DNA of 64,000 nucleotides from Geosiphon pyriformis uo1 (taxonomy: Eukaryota; Fungi; Glomeromycota). The position numbers and the translations under genes are program-made. The notes under the pieces were generated by a model, which worked only from the letters and a program-made list of their open reading frames with translations, was not told where the DNA came from and made no database searches. Of the stretch, positions 36,277 to 48,072 are shown in pieces. The number at the start of each line of letters is the position of its first letter. Positions within the stretch are counted from its first letter, which is position 1. The stretch spans positions 186,001-250,000 of the forward strand of contig JAAOMT010000384.1 of NCBI GenBank assembly GCA_016748015.1. Reading direction: 5' to 3'.

Positions 36277-39240
36277 AATAGAGATTAGATAGATATCTTC
36301 TTTGTGATTGGGTTTGTCTCTTCTTTGGCAGATGTTACAGGTTTTGATGTATTCAGCAATGTCTTTTCCCAAGGTAGGCCAATAATAGCAAGCTAAAGTT
36401 TTCTGAATTGTTTTTGTTTTTCTAAAGTGTCTAGTTAATGGGTCAATGTGCATGTTGTATATTACAATTTCTCTCTCTTCAAATTTGATGACTCTTTGAG
36501 GGTGGTTAGGATCTTTTTTATTTCTTTTATATAGCTGGTTCTGGTGAATCAAATAGAAATTTGATTGTTTGTGCAAATGTTCTCTTTGCTGTTGAGTGTA
36601 TTCCAGTAAGTATTGTCTTTTACCCAAAAATTCCATTAAGGCAGAGTAGTTGTCCAAGTCCATTATTGTTTTTTTCAAAAGAGAAGTTACTAATAGTTAA
36701 GTTGATTTGGTTTGAAAGGTTGTATTATTACTAGATGGTAAGTCTAGAGAGAGTGTTAGTGTTTTGATGATTTGCTCCTTTGTGGTGTTGAATCTCATAG
36801 TCAAATTCATTCAAGTAGAGTATCTAGTAAGTTATTCATTTGTGTTCCAGCTTCTTTTTATTGCACAGCCAAACCAAGACTTGATGATCTGTTACCACTA
36901 AGAATTTTGCACTAAGAAGATATTAATTCCAGTAACTAGTGGCCCAAACTACTGCTAAACATTCTTGTTCAGTAACTGAATAGTTTTTTTCTGCTGGTGT
37001 GAGGGACCTACTGGCATATGCTATAATATGTTCTCTGCCATCTTCATCTTTTTGTGAGAGGACAGCACCAAGTCCATAACCAGATGTATCAGTGTAAAGG
37101 ATAAAAGATTGGTCCAGATCAGATTGCTTGAGAATTGGTTCAATAACAAGTTTTTTCTTCAGAATTTCAAAAACTTTTTGTTAATAAGTGCCCCAGTGAT
37201 AATTGACATTTTTTCTGAGTAGCTGATTAAGTGGAAAGATGATTTTGGAGAAATCCTTGATAAATTTATGATAGTAAGAAGCCAAATCAAGGAAAAAGCA
37301 TAGTTCAGGAACATTTATTGGTTGTCTAATGTTTTGAACTTTTTCAACCTTAGCTGGGTCAGGGAAGATTCCATCTTTTGTAATAAGATGACCAAGAAAC
37401 TAAGTGGATTGACATCCAAAAAAAGATTTAATTGGGTTGATCTTGAGACCAGTATTTCTGAGCAAGTCAAAAACTTTTTGCAAGTGTTCAAGATGTTCAT
37501 TCCAGGTTTTTGAGTATACCATTATGTCATTCAAATAGACCAGAACAAAGTTTTCTTTTACTGTTTCAAACACTTTGTCCATTAAGCATTGAAAGGTGGG
37601 AGAAGCATTGGTGAGACCAAAAAGCATGAATGTGAATTCATAAGTGCCATATTTGGTAATAAAAACAGTTTTTTTTCTGCTTTCTGGATCCATCTCTACT
37701 TGCCAGAATCCAACAGTTAAGTCAATGGTTGAAAAGAAAGCAGCACTATTGAATTTATCTAGCATTGCATCAATTTTGGTGAGTAGGTATATGTCTCTTA
37801 TAGTGATGGTATTTAATTGGTGGTAGTTGACACAGAAGCATAGAGTTCCACCTTTCTTGGATACCACTACAACTGGGAAAGCCTATTCACTCTTGGTTTC
37901 TTGTATGAATCCAAGATCTTTCATTCAGTTTATTTCTTTCTTGATAAACTCATCATTGTATCAATTGGATTGATAAGGCTTTAAATGAATGGGATGAGTT
38001 TCTTTTGTGGTGATGGTGTGTTGTATCACATGAGTTTGTCTATGTGCATTACCTTCTTTTGAAATAACTGGGCTATTTCTAGCCAACAGATTTTCAATGT
38101 CCACTTTTCTTTTTTTAGGGGAAGGTTTTCTTTGTTCTACAACTAGTAATTGGATTTCAGATGGTTCATTCTCAAAGAACTTCTGTACTATTTTTAGTTC
38201 TTCTCTGGATATCAAACTAATTGGTTCCCAATCTTTGTAATAGATCAGGCAGAACTTGTATTCATCACTAGGGAAATACAAAGGTTTATTGCACCAGCAC
38301 CTGACACAAGAACCATACCATTAATAACTGTATTTTGCTTTCTTGCCAAGTTTTCTATCAAAGGTTCTTTTGAGAATATCATAGTAGAGCCAGCAGATCA
38401 GCTTGTCATTTACCATGATTCCTTTTTTGTCAGCTTTAACATTGTCTAGTGGCTTGCCATTGCTGGTGAAAATAGTATAAGCAAGTTCAGCAGTTTCTTT
38501 TTGTTCTTCTTGATCTTCTTCTTCATTGCTCTCATCATCATCTGATTCATCTGATTGTTCTTCTTCTTGGTTTTGCTTGGATACTGGAGGAGTTGTCCAA
38601 TGGCAACATTTAACCACAATGGGCTTTTCATTACATCTGATAGTTAGCTCACAAAGTTCATAATCAAGTAGTGCTTTAGCTTTTTTAAGCCATTCATTGC
38701 CAACAATTATGGTGTATTCTTTTGCTTCAGATACTTCCATATCAGTTTTAATGCTGATATCATTGATGCGAACAGGAATAGCTTTGGCTATGCCCAGGTC
38801 TTTCTTCTTGTCATCATGTACATTGGTTATTGGTTGAGTGGAAGGCTCATCAATTTTTCTGCTAATTGCTTCAAGAAAGTGTTTGGCAATTACACTAACA
38901 GATGATCCACTGTCTAGGATCAGATCAATAAAGTAACCAGCCACTTGAGCTTTACAGATCAGAGGGGTAACATTGCTATTATCAGTGAGTTCAGCTTGGC
39001 GAGGTCATTTGTTGGTCTTTGGTGTTTTCTCCTTTGGTATTAATGATTTATGAAGATCTTTTCTAAACTGTAGATGAGTCATTAGTTGGCCAAATGTAAT
39101 GTGTGCTGGGGTTTCTATGAGATCTTTAACAACAGAATAGGGGCCAGATTTTTGTATTATTTCTGGGGGTTCCAACTTTGGAGGATTTTTAAAAACTTTA
39201 GCTTTTGGGGGCTTATTGTTATCAGTAGTTGATGTGGAGG
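36277..39240 (-). pseudogene. pol: B1 pol (protease to integrase N-terminus)
   Basis: Reverse complement of ~19693-22575; LILDSGSS; joins 10665 across the LINE TSD. Confidence 0.93.
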
Positions 39241-39250
39241 ATGACTCCAC

Positions 39251-42200
39251 AAAAACTTTTTTTCTCTCTTTGACTGCTACCATACAATTTACTATGGAAA
39301 TTAAGTTTTTTGCAAAGAGATCTTTAAAACATAATATTTTATTACTAACACAATAGACTTAAAAGTGTCTGACAACTACACCTTTAGTGAAGTGACACCA
39401 GTCATGCAAAGAAGTATAAATGAAGAGACTATTAAAAATAATAACCAAGTAGAATTAAACATAGCTTCTGCTATAGACAAAGAAGAAAACAACACAATTT
39501 CACATAAACTGACAACAGTGGAAACTGCTAAGTCTATTACACCTCCATTCAGATTTGAAACTAACAACAGACAATTTAGAACTGTAAACACAAGTAGTAG
39601 AGATGACACACCTTTCAGAATTACTAACACAGCAAAAAGAACAGCTCCACATAGGCAAGTGGCAGACTTTTCTCCAACAACAGACAACAGACTAGAAGGA
39701 AAACTGACAAAAAGTACAAACACATTGGAAGAATAAGTGTAAAAGGGCTAACTGAAAAATTCAACCAAGTAATTAAAGAAGACTTATCCAAAAACATAAC
39801 AACACAAACCAACAACTTTGTTTTACAACCAATGTTCAACAAAGGGGGAAATAGCAACAAATTCCAAATGAAAGCTTGGACTGGTGAAAAGGGGGCCTTA
39901 AAGTCTCTGAAAAAAATAGATAGACCTTCAAAAACACCTAAAAAAGACAGTAAAAGAGCTGCACAAATAGAAGCTGCTTTGAGAAAGTGCAATCTTGATA
40001 TTTTGAACAGGATTAACAGTGGAAATTCTGTGGTGGAAAATGAGGAGCAAATGAACAATTTATTTGTTGCAAACAAAGATAAGGCTGATATGAATGACAC
40101 TGCAGAGGACATGGAAGACTCTGAATTGGGCTTGTCTAGCAGAATAGCAAGTCCAAGTCCAGGCCAATATAGGAGTAAATCACTTGGCAAAAAACCCATG
40201 TTCATGGAACCAAACTACGAGGAAGGATGGAAAACTGTGGTTCATGGAACAAAGAGACATGTGCTCTTTGTGCAGGCATTAGATATACTGGAAAAAAACA
40301 TGGGAAAAAAGGTGGGATGGATTTACAACCTGCTGGGGGATGTTAGCTATCTCTTGGAGGCTGTGATGGCAAAAAACCAAAAAATCAGAATGGATTTCCC
40401 TTAAGTGGCTGGAAGGGATCAGGCCAAAGAAGTCCTAGCAAATAAGGAAATAGATTCTTTTCTGATGGCTATTAATGGCATTACCAACCTGATGGCAGGC
40501 CAAAGGAAAGTCCTGGTGAGAGATATTCCCTTAGGAATTTCAGATAGAGAAGTAGGAGCTGTCATGAAAGAATTTGGTGAAGTTAAAAAAAGTGACTGAA
40601 AAATGGCAATCAGCTGTGGTTGAGTATAACAACCAGGAAGAGGCAACCAAAGCCATAAACCAATGGTCAACCATGATCAGAAGGATGCAGTCAGAATTTA
40701 TCCAATGATTGGAACCCAAAAAGTTGTTGAGCAGAGAAAAACCTGGGAAGCTAAATTGGTGGACTTACCACAAAATTGTACTGCTCACTACTTGAGTACC
40801 ACACTGGACCAGATCAAAGCCCAATCTTGCTTTATCCCAAGAACTAGCAAGAATTACACAAGGATGGGCTGTGCTTACATAGGATTTGACAGTAAAGCCA
40901 GCCACAACAGTGCTACCAAAAAGCCCTTAGTAATTGGAGACACATTGGTGCATTGGGTACCTACTGATGCCAAAGAGTGTCACTTTTGTTACCAAGTAGG
41001 GCATTTAGTCTCCAAATGTCCAATTCTACACAAGAAGAAGGAAGGAGATACAAAGAAAGCTACCAACAATATTAGATTGGCAAAGCTGTATGTTAGAAAG
41101 AATGTTCCAGAGGAATCCATCAAAGACTTTGGTGGAAAATTATATGCCGAAATGGTTGCACTCAGACTGCCTCATAAGCTAAATAACACAAACTCAAACA
41201 GATCTCCGAGAACTGGTCTACAAGTGAACAATAAAGAAGGACAACCAAAAAAGGGGATCAACCAACTATGGAAGGCTGAAATTGATAAATTGAGACAACA
41301 GATTAACAAAATGGCCAAACTGCTGAGTGCTGTGACTGCCAAGCTTGGAGTAACAGTAGAAAAAGAAAAAGACATATTGGTTGCTCAACAGCAAAGTAAC
41401 ATCTCAGAAAATAAAAGAGGCAGAGACCAGGGTACTAAGCCAGAGCACTACATCTAAGTCTGACCTGGAAGAGAAAAAAGAGGCATATGATCCAGAGAGG
41501 GAAATTAGGGTAATTAAAGAAACATTGGAACCCATTCTGGAGTTGCTAAAGCAAGTAAAAAAACAGGGTGGCTGGGGCGATCCTGCTGCTGGGGAATCTA
41601 AACTTATAGAAACAGATGATGTGTAGCACACCTGATCCCAACACAGAACAGAACTATTCCAACATCAATACTTGGAAAGTTGGTACTATTAATGTTAGAG
41701 AACTTAATAATCCTGGCAAAGCTGAAAAAGTGCTACAATGGTGTATAGGAGAATAATTTGACTTCATAATTATTACAGAAACTTAACTAACTCCTACCAA
41801 AGAAAAGGAAGTATTTTTTAGCTCTGATGAATACCACACCTTTTGGAAGTCAAGTGCTGAGAAACAAATGGGATGCACCATGTGGAAACAATCAAGGAAT
41901 ATCATGGGAGGCTGTTACATTTGGTGTTGAAATTTAGGGGTAGAATCAGTGTGCATATAGTAGGGTTGTACATGCCTGCTTCCAAATCACCTACTGAGAA
42001 GGCAGTAGCAAAGGAGATCAGAAAACTTTTGGGAGACATTGTGCAAAACAAAGAGATAATCATAGTTGCAGGTGATTTGAATGAAGATATGTCATCCAAA
42101 TCACTTGAGGAAACATTTGCTACAAATAAGGTCAAAGCCTGTTCTACTGCTACAACATTGCAACATATGAATTTGGTGAACACACATGGAGCTTATACAA

Positions 42201-44890
42201 TAAACAATCCAGAAAAGACATGGGCATCAAATGGAGTACAAAGAAGATTAGACTATGTGTTTACTGATGTAGTTACAGCCTCAATGGTTACAAATATTGG
42301 GGTGGTAGATGTTAATGAATTATTTAGCACTGATCACAAAGCAGTAATAACAATGTTCTGATCTGACAGAATCAAATCTGGAAGAAAGAAAAGTAGCATG
42401 ACTATGATTGATGTTAAAAAAACATCTGGGGTACAATGGGAAATCTATGCAAGAGAAACTGATCAATTGACAGATGAAGCACAAAAAAAATCAGTAGATA
42501 ACTGCAATGATAATCTAAACCAGATGTGGCTTACAATCAAGAAGACTGTGTTACAAGCTGCTGACTGCCTACCAAAAAGGAAAGTGGAAGCCCAATCTAC
42601 ACACACTAAGAAAGAATGTATGGATCACAAACTTGTTAAGATTATTGCTGATATAATCAAACAAATAAGAATAAACAATACAGATATGTATGATATCAAT
42701 ATTATGCAGTTGTTGGCTAAATGAAAACAGCTGAAACCTGATGCAGTAACTGCATATCTGATAACTCTCCCAAAAGATAAGCTTATTACAGAATTAATCA
42801 GCATTAAGAAAGAATACAGATCAACACTGCAAGCTAGAATCAGGCTACAACAACAGAGACAGATCATGGACAATATGATTAAAAGACAACAAAACTTTGA
42901 ACTAAACAAAGGAGCAATGATCAAAAGCATTTTGACAAAGAATAGTACTAGACCATGTCATTGAAGAAGGCAAATTTCATGACAATCTTGATGAAATCAA
43001 AAAGCTGGTAAACAAAAAAGCTCAAGGTTGGACTAGAACAAGAATTCTTGAACCTGAGCTATGGAAAAGTTGGGAAAACAGGTTTAAGCCAATTGACAGC
43101 ATTCCAGATCATGCCTTTGATAGTGTGATGACTGAAATAACAAATGAAGAATTTGAACACATACTAAGTCACACATCTCACAACAAAGCCCCTGGCCCAT
43201 CAGGCATTCAAGCTGAGCTCTGAAGGAAAGCTGGGCCTAACACCAAGTCCAAACTGAGAACATTGCTTAATACATGCATAGAATTGGCAAACATGCCAGA
43301 GGAGTGGAGAATAGCACAAGTCATACTGATTCCAAAGCCAAAAGAATGAGGTGGCAATATTGACATTACCAGACCAATCACACTCATTGAAAGTACCAGA
43401 AAAATCTTAACAAAGATTCTAACTGCAAGGATATCAAAAGCATGTGAGCTACACAATGTCCTAAAAAGTTACAACACCTCAGTTTTAAAGAATACCTCTA
43501 CAGCTGTGCCAATTTATGTAATTAATGCTGTAGCTGAGCATGCAAGAGAATTTGGTAATGAGGCCTGGTTTACATTTCAGGACATGAAAAAGGGATATGA
43601 TTCAGTTGGTTGGAAACCCATGGAAGCTGCACTAAAAAGAATCAAGATAAACAATAGGTTTACTAAGCTGTTTGGCTTGATGCATAACAACAGGAGTAAT
43701 AGAATCATAACCAAGTTTGGATTAAGTGATGAATATCATGTACAAGATGGGCTAGATCAGGGGGAAACAAGCTCACCCATTATGTAAAGGATTTTTTATG
43801 ACCCCTTACTGTGTGAAGTGAAAGAGACCAATTATAGCCAAGGGTACAAACTAACAGCTGAGTGGAAAAAGTGGGACAATCATATGGACACACAATCTCT
43901 GTTGGTATTAGTAAATCACCTTGCCTTTGTTGATAACACCGTGTGAATAGCAAACTCAAGACAGGGAATGCAGAGTATTCTAGACACAGCCAGCTCCTTC
44001 TTTAGAATGGTGGACATTGAGATCAACTTGGATAAGACTGAAACAATGGTGGTCAGATCCTCTAAGAAAAAATCAGTGGCAGTTGAGCCACTGATATTTG
44101 GGCCAAACAAACAACCTCTGAAACTGCTGGATCCATCTACATGTACCAGATATTTGGGAGTGTAGATCAGAGCTGATGAAAAAAATGAAACTGTACTAAA
44201 AATGATTGGATCTGACATTGAAGCAGTGTGTGGAGTTATTAGGAAAAAACACATTACTGAAAAGCAGATGATCTACATTTTCAACAGTGTACTAAGTCCA
44301 GCAATAGAATTTAGATCTTAATTGACCCATATTCCAAATAGTTGGGCCAGAAGATGAACTTCAAAGATCTCAGCCACTGTAAAGAAAAAGGCTAGACTTT
44401 CAGTAGATTTCCCAGCCAGTGTCATGCATCACTCATCCTTGTATAACTTGTTTAAAATTGATGATATACAAGCAAAAAGCAAGATCACAGATTTGTTAGT
44501 TAGATTGAACAGTAATGATATTGCTGAAATGGCTACCAAAATTAGACTAGCCAATTTACCACAAAAATGGTCAGCTCATAATATACTTGAATATCCCACT
44601 GATGAATGACCTAAGCCAGAGGCTAATCTTAAAGACAATATCATGCAGATTATGAGGGAAAGGGGCATCTCACTCAAAAGCTCTGGTAACACAGATGAGA
44701 TACCTGAATTTTCAAGACCACAAGCACACTTAATTGAGACCACTATAGCTTCATGTGCAATCTACACCAAAGTTAGAGGCTTACTAAGGAAAGAGAACAT
44801 TTTGTATTTGCATCAAATGCAGAACAGAGATGGATCATTAATGACATGGATGGACTTCACAAGAAGATACAGACAGAGTGACAATGGTAG
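39251..44890 (+). mobile_element. LINE copy 2: 5' end, ORF1, APE and RT; cut off by an LTR at 44891
   Basis: Same 5' end and domains as copy 1; ORF1 39365-41626; closely similar inverted copy at ~53895-59520. Confidence 0.93.
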
Positions 44891-47298
44891 TGTTATGGTT
44901 GAAACCCATAATTTTTATTAATTATCACATGTATTAGCCACTGATGTCATATAATTAGCCACTCTATTTTTAGATAGTGATCATTGACCTGGTCATTGAC
45001 CACTTTCAATAGCTATATAAGCAATAAGTCTCTTAGCTGTAGAAAATCATCTCTTAGACAAGAATCAAATAAATAAAAATAACAACTTTCATCTCAATCA
45101 TTCTCTTATCGCTAATTTCCCTTTCCCTACCTTTAAGTATCCAAACATCTTAGGATAAAAGATTACTTGTTGGCCTTTTCCTGATGTATATAATTGTAGC
45201 ATTTGAAGATTATTTGAATAAACGTGACTAAAAAGCACAAGTTGATACCTAATATTGAATTCTAAGAGTGCCGACATGAGGCATAGAATTATACCAGTGG
45301 TAATCAATTGTTGACAGTACAGACTATCCTTCTACCTTCAGATTCCCCAGTTACTTTTGAAAAGAATAGCGACTGAGATATTTTATGAGACTGATCTTGC
45401 ACATTAAATCCATATTCATTCAATTCACTCATTGAAGTTAAATCCTCTTTGATTATTTCCATCACCCTACAATTCTGTTCTCTCTTACTATCCATTAGCT
45501 TGTTACTCCAATCCATAACATAAAAGTGGTGCTCCCTGTAAGGTTGTCAAAATCCACTTTGTTTCCTATTGTATGGGTGATTATTCATACCTGCCACAAC
45601 AATCAGAAGAACACTTTAAAGCACACAACAAAAATGATCTAGACTTTATTGAACTCAATCTTTTGCTCTCTTGCTTGATTTGCTTTCCCATTGAAGAACA
45701 ATCCAGCAAACAATTCCAAGACTTTTGGAACTGGTTCTTGAACGAGCATTCAGCTGAAACCTACACAGCTTATACAATCTATTACTTTGACCAAGCTTAT
45801 TTTGAAGATGACTTTGAAGGAAGAAACAACAGTATCAATCAGCTTTTATATTCTGCAATCTTTGAACAACAGCCCCCTGATTTTGAATATCTGAATCATC
45901 AAATCCACATTTGGATTGCTGCCCATCAATCAACAGAAACTCCTCTTGAAGCAGAAGAAGAAAGCTATCAAACTGCTCCTGTTTTTGATTTTTTTTCAAG
46001 TGAATCAGAACACTCCACACAAACAGTTACACCTGAACCAATGGCTCAAAAATCTCTGCAACAAAACATTCTGATTGCCCTCCAAGGTATACAGACTGCT
46101 TTAGAGCAAAGAAACAACACCCCATTACCATTATTCAGAGGTAATGCCCAAGATCCAATTGAATGGTTGGATGACTTTGAGAGAGCTGCTACAGCCAACC
46201 AATATGATGATGAGTACAAGTTTCAAATTGTTGGTGGCTACCTCCAAGGCTCTCCTGCTACCTGGTTCTCACAGGAAACTGATGCTGGTGCTTACCAAAA
46301 AATCATTAGATGGACACCAACAAATGCTGGAGAAGAAAACACTTCTTTTACAATCTGGTTTGAAACTAAATTTAGAACTCCTATCTTAATATCTAAATGG
46401 TGCATGGAATTAGAAAAAAGAACCCAAGGTCTTGGTGAAGTTGTAACTGAGTATGCCAAAGCAATCAGAAAATTAATCAAGTGAGTAGATTCTGGAAAAA
46501 ACTGGACAGAAGAGCAAAAGATTTATTCCTTTACAAAAGGATTAAGAACTGATCTTTCCTATACTCTTTGGTCTCTCCTGGTTCTGAAAGACAATCTTAC
46601 AATGAACATAGCTATTGAGCTTGCCCAACGAATTGAAGATAACCAAAGGATGCATTTGGGATCCACACTTCCAGTTTTTGCTCCTGTTCCTATTATGGCC
46701 TCTGCTCCTCAATGGCTGCCACTTCTTTCACTGCTCAAACTCCAGATCCCAATGAACAATTAATAAATAGACTCACAGCCAATCTTGCCCATTTGTTAGA
46801 ACCCTTAGCTCAAGCAGTCAGAGAAAATCAACAACTCCAAAGACCCAGATTTGAACCCTGTTTTAATCAACCCCAACAACTCCCTTATCAAAGACAACAA
46901 AATCGTGTTTTATCACTGTGGATTAACTGGACATTTCTCCAGAGATTGCAACAATTCTCCCCTGCCTCCTCCAGCTCCTAGAAACAATGACAATCAAAAC
47001 AACAGAACCATCAATAACAATGTCTCCAATCAAAAAACCAATCATGCCAACATCAATTTCTTTGAAGAGGATCCCTTAGTTGAAGCTACTGTTTATTAGT
47101 CTTTAAACTGGTAGGTGCACCTCCAAAGGGTGAGAGTGCAAGCCAATCAGAAGAAAACCTTTTTTATGCTTTTAACTTAACTGATGATGACCATGACATA
47201 GATGAACTTGCAATCAACACTTCTGAATCAACAAAAAAGAAGAAGAAAGCCAAGGTTGATTTTGTTATAGATCCAAAGAAAACCTCCACATCAACTGC
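44891..47298 (+). mobile_element. Family B 5' LTR (44891-45520), PBS and gag (45573-47180); probably the inverted 5' part of B1
   Basis: TGTTATGG..CCATAACA; PBS at 45527; gag motifs; ends in a 16-mer that matches 39225-39240 inverted. Confidence 0.9.
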
Positions 47299-48072
47299 TT
47301 TTTTTTTTTTTGTTAATGTATAGCCATGCTGGTCTTTTATTAGTTTTGCCCCACCTGAAAATATAGCATTTTCATAAAGCCAACTCACTCAATAATTTAA
47401 ATTACAAGATGTGGCTAACCACTAAGTGGTTAAGCCTAACTACATGCTAATATAACCAAAAAACCTAAGGGGTATCACACTATCACATAAATTAACTTTA
47501 CTACTAAGACTCTCATTAAGTATCTTATTACAACTTGTGAATCTATCACCCATTTTAACTCTGGTTTTGCCACTATCACTACCACTACTCTTTAATATTT
47601 TATGTACATTAGACACATTTGATATGCTCCTCTTAGCAATGTTATCAATACTTACAGATTTCTCACACTCAGTTTGTAATTTGCAACGTTCTTTCCACAA
47701 TCTTTTTCTTGCTTAAGTCACCACCCATTTACACACCTTAATTAATATATTATTGTTAGTCTTCTGATCAATATCAGCAAATGCATTGATTCTCCCAAAT
47801 TGCTTATTGATTAATCCTTTGCATAACAGGTCTATGTTGGATGTTGACTTGATGTACTCATTAGACAAGACCACCCTTTCAGCATGGTCTGAAGATCTAT
47901 GTTTTTTTCCTACAGCTTTTGACAAGCACAGCATCCACTCTTTTTTTATGTCATCTATTAGTGTCTTGCCCCTCTGAGTACTTAGAGAGCATTCCCAAAA
48001 GTGCCAGTTGGTTTCAACTTCCATGTAACATACTTTGCAAAGGTTGTTTAAATACACCTGGGGACATCTATT

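Noticed and set aside
45098-45516. Two antisense ORFs within the family B LTR
   Set aside because: They are in different frames and are not kept open in the other LTR copies
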